Of a stretch of 64,000 bases of DNA, positions 1-7,406 are shown piece after piece (the first letter of the stretch is position 1; each line of letters begins with the position of its first letter). The translations under genes and the position numbers were made by a program. Source of the stretch: an uncultured virus (IMG/VR IMGVR_UViG_3300011754_000016) (lineage: Duplodnaviria > Heunggongvirae > Uroviricota > Caudoviricetes); the IMG/VR virus record IMGVR_UViG_3300011754_000016, positions 1 to 64,000 of that record. One strand, 5' to 3'. The notes beneath the pieces are model-generated. The model was given only the letters and a program-made list of their open reading frames with translations, was not told where the DNA came from and did not search any database.

Positions 1-2121
1 TTAGCTGGCTGCATCAAATAGCTTTGGGTTTACCTCAATAATCTTTTTGCGCCCATCGACTGATTGCTTAATGTGTCCTTTGCTTTCCAAGTTATCAAGC
101 TCACACTGTAGCAACTTGTTATTTTTCCGCATAGGCTTAGGTGCGCCGTTGAAAACATCAGTACGGTTCAAAATGGCGGGCTTTTTGTCTTTTGCCTTAC
201 TGACAAGCCAGCTACTTAGCATCTCACTGTCGTTCTGCTCACCTGTGGGCGTGGCATCAAGGTAGCGCAAGCGCTCACTGGTGGAATACTCAACCAACAA
301 AAAGGCGCGGGTTATATCATCTTTATTGATGACTTTACGCCCATCGAAAAAGGCTATCAGCGCGGCTATTCGGCTTGCATTTTCTGCCATTCGTGACGCA
401 TAGGCTTTTAGGTATTCCAAAGCTTGCCCGCTGGCTTGGCGGTTCTCAATCGCTTGCATCTGCTCGTAAAAGGCTTGTTCGGTGGCATCGTCTGCCCAGC
501 GCATCTTAATGCGTTCAGGCTGCCCTTGCGCTGTTGTAGGCTCATTGGCTGGGGTTGGGTCAAGTAAGCTTTGACAGCGTGACCAATAGGCGATTAGGTC
601 AGGATTATCATTAGGGTCATCACGGCGGCGGCTGGCATCGTTCCAAACGCGCTGCCCTCGCAAATCAGGCGGGCAAGCAATCAAAGCCCTTGCTAAAAAG
701 CCTTGCCCATTCATTAAAGGGTCAGTTAAAGCGGGTTCTAAGACGACACGCTGACCTTGTAAAAGTAGCGTCATGCGAACGTCATAAGCATCAGTTTTTG
801 GGGTAGCGAACGCTGATTTTTGTGACCTTACCCGCGATACCTCGCCATCACTATAAAGCGTGGTCAGTGATGATAAGGCATTGCCAGCGGTATCACCTTT
901 CATCGTATGACCGTTGAAAAACTGCCCTGCTTCGTCTGTTGTCCATGATGCGCTATTAATTTGACCGCTGATAAACATATCTAAAATAGGCTCTATGGTG
1001 GCTTCTTTAAACATGGTTTTAGGGTTCAAGGGCATGGGGTTTGCTTCTTTAAAGTCTGCAAGCTCCTTACCTTTAAGCCCTGCCTTATCGCTTTCCCAAA
1101 CGTCTATATCATCTAAGTATTGTTTGTATTTTTGGCGCTCATGCTGCTCTATCTTAAAGTGGGTCAGGCTCATGGCTTGAGTTTTGCCGCTACCGCTTTC
1201 CCCCTCCGTGATTAAGATAAGGCTTGCTGGCATGAAGCCATGACCAAAGGGCGCATCAATAAAGCGCTGCCCCATGTGCGCTAGTGCCCCTAAAACGCAT
1301 TGCCCCGCCATTGCTTGCGGTACTTGAGCATAATAAGCCACCCATTCAATGACACGCCGTAGCAGCCCATTAAAGGCGTGAATAGGGTAATCAGTGGGTT
1401 TGCTTGGGTCATTGGCTAAAGGTTCGGGGTCTGCCCACCCTGTCGCTTGCAGCTCTACTATGTCAGCCTCATTTTGAATGTCATCAAAGGTATTGCCACC
1501 ATCAAGCATGGTCACAATATCAGCTACGGTTATCCAAGCTTGAGCGTTCACGCCTGCCAATAATTTTTTGGTTCTATGATCATCAAGGGTCATTGGCACA
1601 ATAACGCGGCGATCATTGCCCCAATGATCAATAGCATCTTTAAACTGTTGGCGGTTGCGCTTTATGGGGCTGACAATGATAGTCTGCTTTAAGTGTACCG
1701 TGTGGCTGTAATATTCAAGCGCATAATCTAGGTCATTAAAGGCGATAACTTCGCTATTTGGGTCGTTCTCACCAATGATGATTGCGGCGTGGTCTGCATA
1801 GGTAATGACGGTAGGCAGTTGATTGCTGTTTGGCTGATAGAATACCGCGCCTATCGTTTCATCATGCTTATCAGTCAAGGCAAGCGCAATGCTGCCCGCT
1901 GTCTGTTCTATCTTGCCAGCATTCGCGCCATCGGTTATAGTTAGGTTTGCTGTGATTGCTAGCAGTCGTTCAGGCTCAAGCAAGCCATCAGCTTTTAGTA
2001 ACAAAGCATCATTTGCCAGTTCTTGCCGTGTGGCTGGCTTGAAAGTATGAAGCAAGTCCGAAAAGCCCGCGCCGCCATCGCGGGCTTTTTTCTTGCCTTG
2101 ATTTTGTGGTGTGGTGGTCAT
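1..2121 (-). CDS. DUF3987/YfjI-family replication protein (primase/helicase-associated P-loop NTPase)
   Basis: 706 aa; Walker A GESGSGKT, Walker B-like WTTDEAG, GFLARAL motif, C-terminal winged-helix-like segment. Confidence 0.8.
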   Translation of the reverse strand: MTTTPQNQGKKKARDGGAGFSDLLHTFKPATRQELANDALLLKADGLLEPERLLAITANLTITDGANAGKIEQTAGSIALALTDKHDETIGAVFYQPNSNQLPTVITYADHAAIIIGENDPNSEVIAFNDLDYALEYYSHTVHLKQTIIVSPIKRNRQQFKDAIDHWGNDRRVIVPMTLDDHRTKKLLAGVNAQAWITVADIVTMLDGGNTFDDIQNEADIVELQATGWADPEPLANDPSKPTDYPIHAFNGLLRRVIEWVAYYAQVPQAMAGQCVLGALAHMGQRFIDAPFGHGFMPASLILITEGESGSGKTQAMSLTHFKIEQHERQKYKQYLDDIDVWESDKAGLKGKELADFKEANPMPLNPKTMFKEATIEPILDMFISGQINSASWTTDEAGQFFNGHTMKGDTAGNALSSLTTLYSDGEVSRVRSQKSAFATPKTDAYDVRMTLLLQGQRVVLEPALTDPLMNGQGFLARALIACPPDLRGQRVWNDASRRRDDPNDNPDLIAYWSRCQSLLDPTPANEPTTAQGQPERIKMRWADDATEQAFYEQMQAIENRQASGQALEYLKAYASRMAENASRIAALIAFFDGRKVINKDDITRAFLLVEYSTSERLRYLDATPTGEQNDSEMLSSWLVSKAKDKKPAILNRTDVFNGAPKPMRKNNKLLQCELDNLESKGHIKQSVDGRKKIIEVNPKLFDAAS

Positions 2122-2264
2122 CTATTCCCCCTTAGCTGATAATGTGGCTCGTTGCAGTCGCTATAGTGCGGCTGCTTATGCTTTGGCGCTCGATTGTCAC
2201 GGTACTGCTTAAAGTGACGTTTGCGTTTGGCATACTTACGGCTTGGCTTTGAATAAGTTTTCAT
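2118..2264 (-). CDS. Small basic hypothetical protein (48 aa)
   Basis: MKTYSKPSRKYAKRKRHF...; start overlaps the upstream stop and the stop overlaps the next ATG (translational coupling); too short for the ORF track. Confidence 0.45.
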   Translation of the reverse strand: MKTYSKPSRKYAKRKRHFKQYRDNRAPKHKQPHYSDCNEPHYQLRGNR

Positions 2265-2863
2265 TATTCACCTGCCTTGCCGTATGACGTTTTGGCCAAG
2301 GTTTCGTTGATGTTATCTAAGCTTAAATAAAATAGTTCTGACCAGGTATTGGCGCTTTCATGAGCAAGTCTTGCCAATGATTTAGCGGTAAAGCTTTCCA
2401 CCTTTTCATAATGAATAAGCCCTAATACTTGCGCTATATCGTCCAAGGTGTCAGCGGCATGTTTAATATCACAAGCAAAGCTTTTCATGTTAAAAGCTGA
2501 AAGCATGATGATCTCTTGATCATTATCATCTGTGGTATCAATCACCAAAGGAGCGGGCTTGCCAGCACCCAATAGCGTTGCAATCGCTTGACGGTTGGCG
2601 GGCGTGTTATGGAATAGCGAGGGCTGAAAGTCGTCCGTTTCTGTGGAATCGGAACGCACCAAATAGCCGTTTTTATCGTAGTAAAAATAACTGCCCTCAA
2701 AGCTGATTGCCAAAAGGTCGCGCAAGCCGTGAGGGTCATTTAGCAGCATAAAGGGCTTTGGGCTTAATGACGGCGCAAGCACAGAAATACCCGCTTTGAA
2801 TGGGGTAGGCGCGTTGGTAGCAGCGTTTTGGGTATTTGATGGGGTGTTGATTGACTTAGGCAT
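2264..2863 (-). CDS. Satellite hypothetical protein
   Basis: 199 aa ORF with a GGAGG RBS that overlaps the C4 target repeat. Confidence 0.7.
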   Translation of the reverse strand: MPKSINTPSNTQNAATNAPTPFKAGISVLAPSLSPKPFMLLNDPHGLRDLLAISFEGSYFYYDKNGYLVRSDSTETDDFQPSLFHNTPANRQAIATLLGAGKPAPLVIDTTDDNDQEIIMLSAFNMKSFACDIKHAADTLDDIAQVLGLIHYEKVESFTAKSLARLAHESANTWSELFYLSLDNINETLAKTSYGKAGE

Positions 2864-3362
2864 GATTATGCCCTCCTAACAAGTTTTGAGTGAAAGCCAC
2901 GCTATACAATGAAAGTATAGGGTGACGGGTCTTACTCTCGGTCTTGTTAGAAACCGCCCCGCATATTCGCCTTTCGGCTGTTCTATTTTGCAGCGTCAAC
3001 CCGTCATAATCGGCTGGCAAGTGATTTGCCATAGATATGATGGTTTGCCCCCTTGAGGCGTTTTTAAGCGCGTTTGGGGCTGTACTTGATGGCATAGTGA
3101 CAGCTTGAGAGGCTGCACCATTATCAGGCACAAAAAAAGCCAAAGGGTTACGGATTGGCTGTCCGCTAACAAGTTTTGAGAGGCGTTCATCATAACCGCT
3201 TGCGCCATCGGTTGCAATCGCTTTAAGTGCTTGCTGACAGCCTACAATTGAGCAAATCACGCTAAGCCCTGCCAGCCATGCAATAGCGATTATAAGCAAT
3301 CTGCCTTGATTGGCTGAATGGGTTTGCGCCTTGTCAGTGGTTTTAAGGTCTTGATTAATCAT
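2856..3362 (-). CDS. Ash/Icd-like immunity-region protein
   Basis: 168 aa; RNPLAFFVP motif; overlaps a C4-like RNA and its two targets, as in P4/P1-type immunity regions. Confidence 0.55.
   Translation of the reverse strand: MINQDLKTTDKAQTHSANQGRLLIIAIAWLAGLSVICSIVGCQQALKAIATDGASGYDERLSKLVSGQPIRNPLAFFVPDNGAASQAVTMPSSTAPNALKNASRGQTIISMANHLPADYDGLTLQNRTAERRICGAVSNKTESKTRHPILSLYSVAFTQNLLGGHNHA
2923..3006 (-). ncRNA. C4/CI-like antisense RNA
   Basis: Closing stem TGACGGGT/ACCCGTCA, a GCC-GAAA-GGC hairpin, and a CGGT..ACCG hairpin whose loop CTAACAAG is complementary to CTTGTTAG in the 15-bp direct repeats at 2876-2890 and 3166-3180. Confidence 0.7.
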
Positions 3363-3591
3363 TATTGCCCCCGTTTACTTCGCTTGCATCTATCCAATAG
3401 CGCTTAAATCGTTTGCCATTGTGTTTGATAAATTCATCTTGAATGGCAATACCATTAGCGCGTAACTCGCTGATACGCTGGGGTAAGCAAGTCATTTTGT
3501 ATAAGCTAAAAGCTTGCATACTGGTAATAGACTTGCCCGCCATCAAGTGCGCCATGATGATTTGATGATAACTTTGCCGTGTAGTGGTCAT
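3355..3591 (-). CDS. Winged helix-turn-helix DNA-binding protein
   Basis: 78 aa; GKSITSMQAF...RISELRANG motif. Confidence 0.75.
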   Translation of the reverse strand: MTTTRQSYHQIIMAHLMAGKSITSMQAFSLYKMTCLPQRISELRANGIAIQDEFIKHNGKRFKRYWIDASEVNGGNND

Positions 3592-3593
3592 CG

Positions 3594-3872
3594 CTAAGCC
3601 TCGCTTGCCGTGTGGCTCTCAAGCCATGCTAAAACGTCAGCGTTACGCCATGCGCTCATGGTAGGGCTCAACTTCACTGGGGCAGGAAAGCGCCCATCTT
3701 TTGACCATTTCCAAAGCGTGGTGCTGCCAAAGGGCAGAAAGGGCAAAAGCTGGCTTGCGCGGCTCATGCCTTGCGGTGGCAAGTAAGGCATATCGCCATG
3801 ATTTTCGGCGGGGCTGTCAGCGCTTGGCTGATTGAAAGCGATTACTTCGCTATTGGTGGTAGGCTGTGCCAT
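3594..3872 (-). CDS. alpA: AlpA-family regulator / excisionase
   Basis: STTLWKWSKDGRFPAPVKLS..SAWRNADVLAWL signature. Confidence 0.9.
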   Translation of the reverse strand: MAQPTTNSEVIAFNQPSADSPAENHGDMPYLPPQGMSRASQLLPFLPFGSTTLWKWSKDGRFPAPVKLSPTMSAWRNADVLAWLESHTASEA

Positions 3873-3950
3873 CTGTATAACTCCATGCTATGCCGTAACG
3901 GTCTGCTACGGCTTACATGGGCTATGTTATGTAGTAGGATATTATGCAGC

Positions 3951-3987
3951 ACCCTAAATGGGGTAAAGTCATACCCTAAATGGGGTA
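3951..3987. repeat. Two 15-bp direct repeats ACCCTAAATGGGGTA upstream of alpA (likely operator)
   Basis: Exact copies at 3951-3965 and 3973-3987 (22-bp period). Confidence 0.7.
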
Positions 3988-4009
3988 TAGGTTTGTTTTG
4001 GGGTGGTTA

Positions 4010-4573
4010 TTAATTAGGTTTAGGGCGCTTCTTTTTGGCATCGGCTAGCATTAGATTTGCATCTCTAAAGCGATTTTCTAAAGTGGTTTTGCGCTGTCCT
4101 TGAATGTCCTTATCTAATATATCTCCTATTATGGTGGCTTGGCTTTGAAATGGTGCCTTACCGTCTATACCCTTTGGCGTGGTCATTAACTCCAATAGCA
4201 AGCCTATAGTGGTTTGATAACTCTTTTCGGTATGGTCATTAAGCTGGCTGGTAGCATTTTCCTGTGATGGCGCTGGCTTGTTGTTATTACAGTCTATCAA
4301 TACTGCTTCATCTAAGCTGTCGTTAAACCTCTCGAGCGTATAGCCTTTATCCGCTAAGTATCTTTTAACTTCATCTACTAAAATTAATCCCTCATCATTA
4401 AAAACTTTAAGCTTGCCTGCCTTTATACTCGTTTCAATCATTTTGATAATCTGTTTATATCCTCTATTACCAATATTGAGTGAAATTGGGTCTAAGTCGC
4501 AAACTAAACAAGCTATTTCATTTGGAGTAAATAAATCTAAATCTACTAAATAGCTTTGATGCTCTCCTAACAT
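4010..4573 (-). CDS. Satellite hypothetical protein, possible regulator of alpA
   Basis: Likely ATG at 4573 (MLGEHQ...), directly after a structured leader; helical C-terminus. Confidence 0.65.
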   Translation of the reverse strand: MLGEHQSYLVDLDLFTPNEIACLVCDLDPISLNIGNRGYKQIIKMIETSIKAGKLKVFNDEGLILVDEVKRYLADKGYTLERFNDSLDEAVLIDCNNNKPAPSQENATSQLNDHTEKSYQTTIGLLLELMTTPKGIDGKAPFQSQATIIGDILDKDIQGQRKTTLENRFRDANLMLADAKKKRPKPN

Positions 4574-4672
4574 AATCCACACCCCTACACCCTTTAATAA
4601 AAATAGGTGCAAGGCGCTGACAGCATTAGGGTGTGGTTTGCTGTCGTTCGGGTAATTACTCCTAGCCTTGCA
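4571..4672 (-). ncRNA. Structured pseudoknotted 5'-leader RNA, copy 1
   Basis: P1 TGCAAGGC/GCCTTGCA; GGCTAGG..CCCGAAC; P3 GACAGCA/TGCTGTC with a CCACACCC loop complementary to two GGGTGT tracts beside the ATG. Confidence 0.6.
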
Positions 4673-4678
4673 AAGTTG

Positions 4679-5026
4679 TTACGCCATGCCCTCACTTTTG
4701 ACAGCATTGGCAAGCGTGTCGGTTATCCACTGATTAAGGCTCATGCCGTGGCTGGTAGCAATCGTGCTGACTTGCTCATGCAACTCGCTTGGCATACGGG
4801 TTACAAATTTACCTGAAAAGGATTTGTAAGGGGTAATACCTTGCTCTTGGCAAACGTCCAAAAAGGCTTGTAGTGACTGCCTGCCCTCATGTTCTAAAGC
4901 GGTGATGCTGTCACCATAAAAATCAGCGCCACCGTTTAAGCCAACAAATTCACCACGGAATAGGTCTATTTCAGGGTCGTATTGAATGATGGCTTTATGG
5001 TCATTAATCATCATAATATTTTGCAT
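4679..5026 (-). CDS. hicB: HicB antitoxin
   Basis: YDPEIDLFRGEFVGLNGGADFYG plus C-terminal RHH FSGKFVTRMPSELH...SLNQW. Confidence 0.92.
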   Translation of the reverse strand: MQNIMMINDHKAIIQYDPEIDLFRGEFVGLNGGADFYGDSITALEHEGRQSLQAFLDVCQEQGITPYKSFSGKFVTRMPSELHEQVSTIATSHGMSLNQWITDTLANAVKSEGMA

Positions 5027-5028
5027 GA

Positions 5029-5328
5029 TTACTCCTTATTATCCGTTGTGGGGGCAGTAGCGCGGGCGTCATCAATAGGGCTATACCCTAAGCTATCTAA
5101 CCATTTGCGAACACTGGCAACCGCGCCCTTATCCGTTGTCGGCTGGGGGTGGGGTCGGTGATAAACTTGAACTTCACCATCTAACACTACCGCCACTCTT
5201 GAGCCTGCCCTTTCGCTAACTTCTGCCCCTAATGCGATAAATAGGGCTTCAATATCTGCCCATTTTATATTTGCTGATATAGGCTTAGTAAATATAATAT
5301 TGAGTGTTTTTAAGTGCTTACGCTGCAT
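5029..5328 (-). CDS. hicA: HicA toxin (mRNase)
   Basis: IKWADIEALF..GSRVAV..HRPHP motif; lies upstream of hicB. Confidence 0.92.
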   Translation of the reverse strand: MQRKHLKTLNIIFTKPISANIKWADIEALFIALGAEVSERAGSRVAVVLDGEVQVYHRPHPQPTTDKGAVASVRKWLDSLGYSPIDDARATAPTTDNKE

Positions 5329-5351
5329 ATCTTATCCTTAGCTTATGTTTT

Positions 5352-5380
5352 ATTATAGTACCACTTATTGATACTAACAA
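5352..5380 (-). promoter_or_regulatory. hicAB sigma70 promoter with an internal inverted-repeat operator
   Basis: TTGTTA-N17-TATAAT on the minus strand; TAGTA-N11-TACTA overlaps the spacer. Confidence 0.6.
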
Positions 5381-5443
5381 TAGCTATTTAGTATCGCAAT
5401 TGGATTGACAGCATTTGCTATCAAAACTGGTGGTTTAAGCAAT

Positions 5444-5555
5444 TTAGGCAAATAAAGGCAACTTAGGCACGCTTAGGCATTGGGTCTTAATGACTTAATC
5501 CTTTGCCATATAAGGGCTAGACGCTATTTAGGCAGTTTAGGCACGTTTTTAGGTA
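5444..5555. repeat. TTAGGCA iteron-like repeat cluster (possible satellite ori)
   Basis: Exact copies at 5444, 5463, 5473, 5528, 5537; variants at 5454 and 5549; about 10-bp phasing beside AT-rich DNA. Confidence 0.65.
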
Positions 5556-5654
5556 AGTATAAATAAGCCTTATATTTATATTGATGCCGTAAACATAGCC
5601 CCTACCTGTATTTAAAAAGCTATAAAAATTAAATATAGGTCTGCCATTGGCGGC

Positions 5655-6893
5655 TTAGCCTTGCTTTTGTGCCTTTGGTTTAAAGTCTGCATGAATGACG
5701 TTATCCAGCTTGCCCGCATGGGCGCTATCAATAAAGTCTGCCCATTGGTTCATCATGTCAATGCGATAAGGCAAGTGCTGTGCCCCATTGTAAGCGGCGC
5801 TAATCTTATTCTCTCTATCGTGGGCTAATTGCAGCTCAATAGCTTCATGCTTAAAGCCTTGTTCATGCAGCGTGGTGCTGGCAAGCCCTCTAAAGCCGTG
5901 CCCTGTCATGCGCCCCTTATAGCCCATGCGCCATAGGGCAGTAATAAAAGCGTTTTGGCTGTATGGCTTGCGGGTCGATGGATTAAAGAAAACATACTTA
6001 TCCGAAAAGCCAAAGGCGCGTATCTGCTCAAGAATGGCAATCACTTGCGGCGCTAGCGGTACGATATGCACCCGCCCCGCTTTCATCTTATCGGCGGGTA
6101 TTGTCCAAAGGCGGCGCTTGTAGTCAATCTCGCACCATTCCATGAAGCGTAGCTCACTGGTTCGCACAAACGTGTAGCACATCACCCAAAAGCCCAGCCT
6201 TACCAAAATATCACCCTCATAGGCGTTAATGCTTTGTAGCAGCTTTGGCAGTTCTTGCACGTTGATGCGCTTATGGTTCACGGTCTTATGAGGCTTGATA
6301 GCGGCGGCAAGGTCAATGGCTGGGTTATTTATTGCCAAGCCGTTTCTAACGGCGTGTTTGAATATCTGCCCTATCTCTCTAATGGTACGCTTTGCCATTT
6401 CATTAGCGCCGCGCTGCTCTACTGCTTTGCCAATGGCAAGCACATCAGGGGCGGTTATATCGTCTATATTAAGATGACCAATAGCGGGCTTTACATCGCG
6501 CAAATAGGCGGAATAGTTGCGGCTAAAGGTACTTTCAGCAAGGTAGGTCTTGCGCTCGCTATACCACTGTTGAGCAATGGCATCAAAAGACTTTGTGCCA
6601 TCACTATCAGCCTTGCGCCGCTTCTTATCCTGCTTTGGGTCAATGCCTTGCGCTAGTAAATCTTTTATTTGTTGGTTGCGCTGGCGGGCATCAGCAAGCC
6701 CCATTGCGGGGTATTTGCCAATGGTCAGGCTTTGGCGCTTACCATTAAAGCTATAATCACTTACCCATGCCTTACTGCCACTATGACGCACCCAAAGGCG
6801 CAAGTTATCGCCATCGCTATATTTATCAGGATTATTAGGGGTGCAAGCGCTTGATGGCTTTAGGCGTTTGATTTGGCTATCAGTTAAGGGCAT
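5655..6893 (-). CDS. int: P4-like tyrosine integrase
   Basis: 412 aa; arm-binding N-terminus (DGDNLRLWV..LTIGKYP); catalytic R (VRTSELR), HGFR, QLAH, AYN. Confidence 0.95.
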   Translation of the reverse strand: MPLTDSQIKRLKPSSACTPNNPDKYSDGDNLRLWVRHSGSKAWVSDYSFNGKRQSLTIGKYPAMGLADARQRNQQIKDLLAQGIDPKQDKKRRKADSDGTKSFDAIAQQWYSERKTYLAESTFSRNYSAYLRDVKPAIGHLNIDDITAPDVLAIGKAVEQRGANEMAKRTIREIGQIFKHAVRNGLAINNPAIDLAAAIKPHKTVNHKRINVQELPKLLQSINAYEGDILVRLGFWVMCYTFVRTSELRFMEWCEIDYKRRLWTIPADKMKAGRVHIVPLAPQVIAILEQIRAFGFSDKYVFFNPSTRKPYSQNAFITALWRMGYKGRMTGHGFRGLASTTLHEQGFKHEAIELQLAHDRENKISAAYNGAQHLPYRIDMMNQWADFIDSAHAGKLDNVIHADFKPKAQKQG

Positions 6894-6940
6894 GACGGTA
6901 TATTTCCATGACGGTATAAAATATACCGTAAAATATACCG
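6891..6940. repeat. Integrase arm-type binding repeats
   Basis: CATGACGGTATA twice, then AAATATACCG twice in inverted orientation, at the integrase start. Confidence 0.6.
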
Positions 6941-7006
6941 CAATTTTGCAAGGTTTGCCACGTATTAGGGCGGCTTATGGTGTAGGCTGATTGCCTTACA
7001 AGCCGC

Positions 7007-7043
7007 AAAAATAAAGGGCTGACGGTCTATGACGGTCAGCCCT
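7007..7043 (-). terminator. Rho-independent terminator downstream of the att/ssrA 3' end
   Basis: AGGGCTGAC/GTCAGCCCT stem followed by TTATTTTT on the minus strand. Confidence 0.7.
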
Positions 7044-7054
7044 AAATTAGTGTT

Positions 7055-7072
7055 TGGTGGAGATGGCGGGAG
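7055..7072 (-). other. att core identical to a tmRNA (ssrA) 3' end, CTCCCGCCATCTCCACCA
   Basis: Resembles gammaproteobacterial tmRNA 3' ends with CCA; similarity stops at 7072, so this is a duplicated fragment and not the gene. Confidence 0.8.
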
Positions 7073-7192
7073 CATGGACTGTCTTTATAATTAACTGATA
7101 TTTATAATATTAAATTCATTTTATATATTTGGTGTACTATAAGAGTACGTGAACAACAAGAAAATTTATTTAAAACTAAAGAAAACTAAGAC

Positions 7193-7246
7193 GTGTAATT
7201 TAGACATTGCGGTGTAATTTTAGACCAACTGCGGTGTAATTTAGAC
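7193..7246. repeat. Three direct repeats GTGTAATTT(T)AGAC
   Basis: Copies at 7193, 7212 and 7234 near the prophage end. Confidence 0.7.
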
Positions 7247-7364
7247 ATTTGGTTTCTTGATTTAGAAGCAAGCAAAAATGAAAAATCCATATCAAACCCT
7301 TGCTATTATTGACTCTTGTTGCTTGACCGTTGCTTGATTGCTAAGTGTACTTTTAGACATTAAT

Positions 7365-7398
7365 AGCTAAACTTAGCTACAGATGGCTAAGTTTAGCT
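7365..7398. repeat. Perfect 13-8-13 inverted repeat (lox-like geometry or RNA hairpin)
   Basis: AGCTAAACTTAGC-TACAGATG-GCTAAGTTTAGCT. Confidence 0.75.
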
Positions 7399-7406
7399 GT
7401 ATTTAG

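Larger units (their letters stand above)
1..7072 (-). mobile_element. Phage satellite / P4-PICI-like island (left end outside the window)
   Basis: Co-oriented integrase, alpA, HTH, ash-like and DUF3987 genes next to an ssrA 3'-end att core; no virion genes in view. Confidence 0.85.

Noticed and set aside
7055..7072. Intact tRNA or tmRNA gene
   Set aside because: Only the 3'-terminal 18 nt are present; the T-arm sequence does not continue
7193..7246. Repeats as a mini CRISPR array
   Set aside because: Units are 13-15 bp with 5-8-bp gaps, far too short, and no cas genes are present
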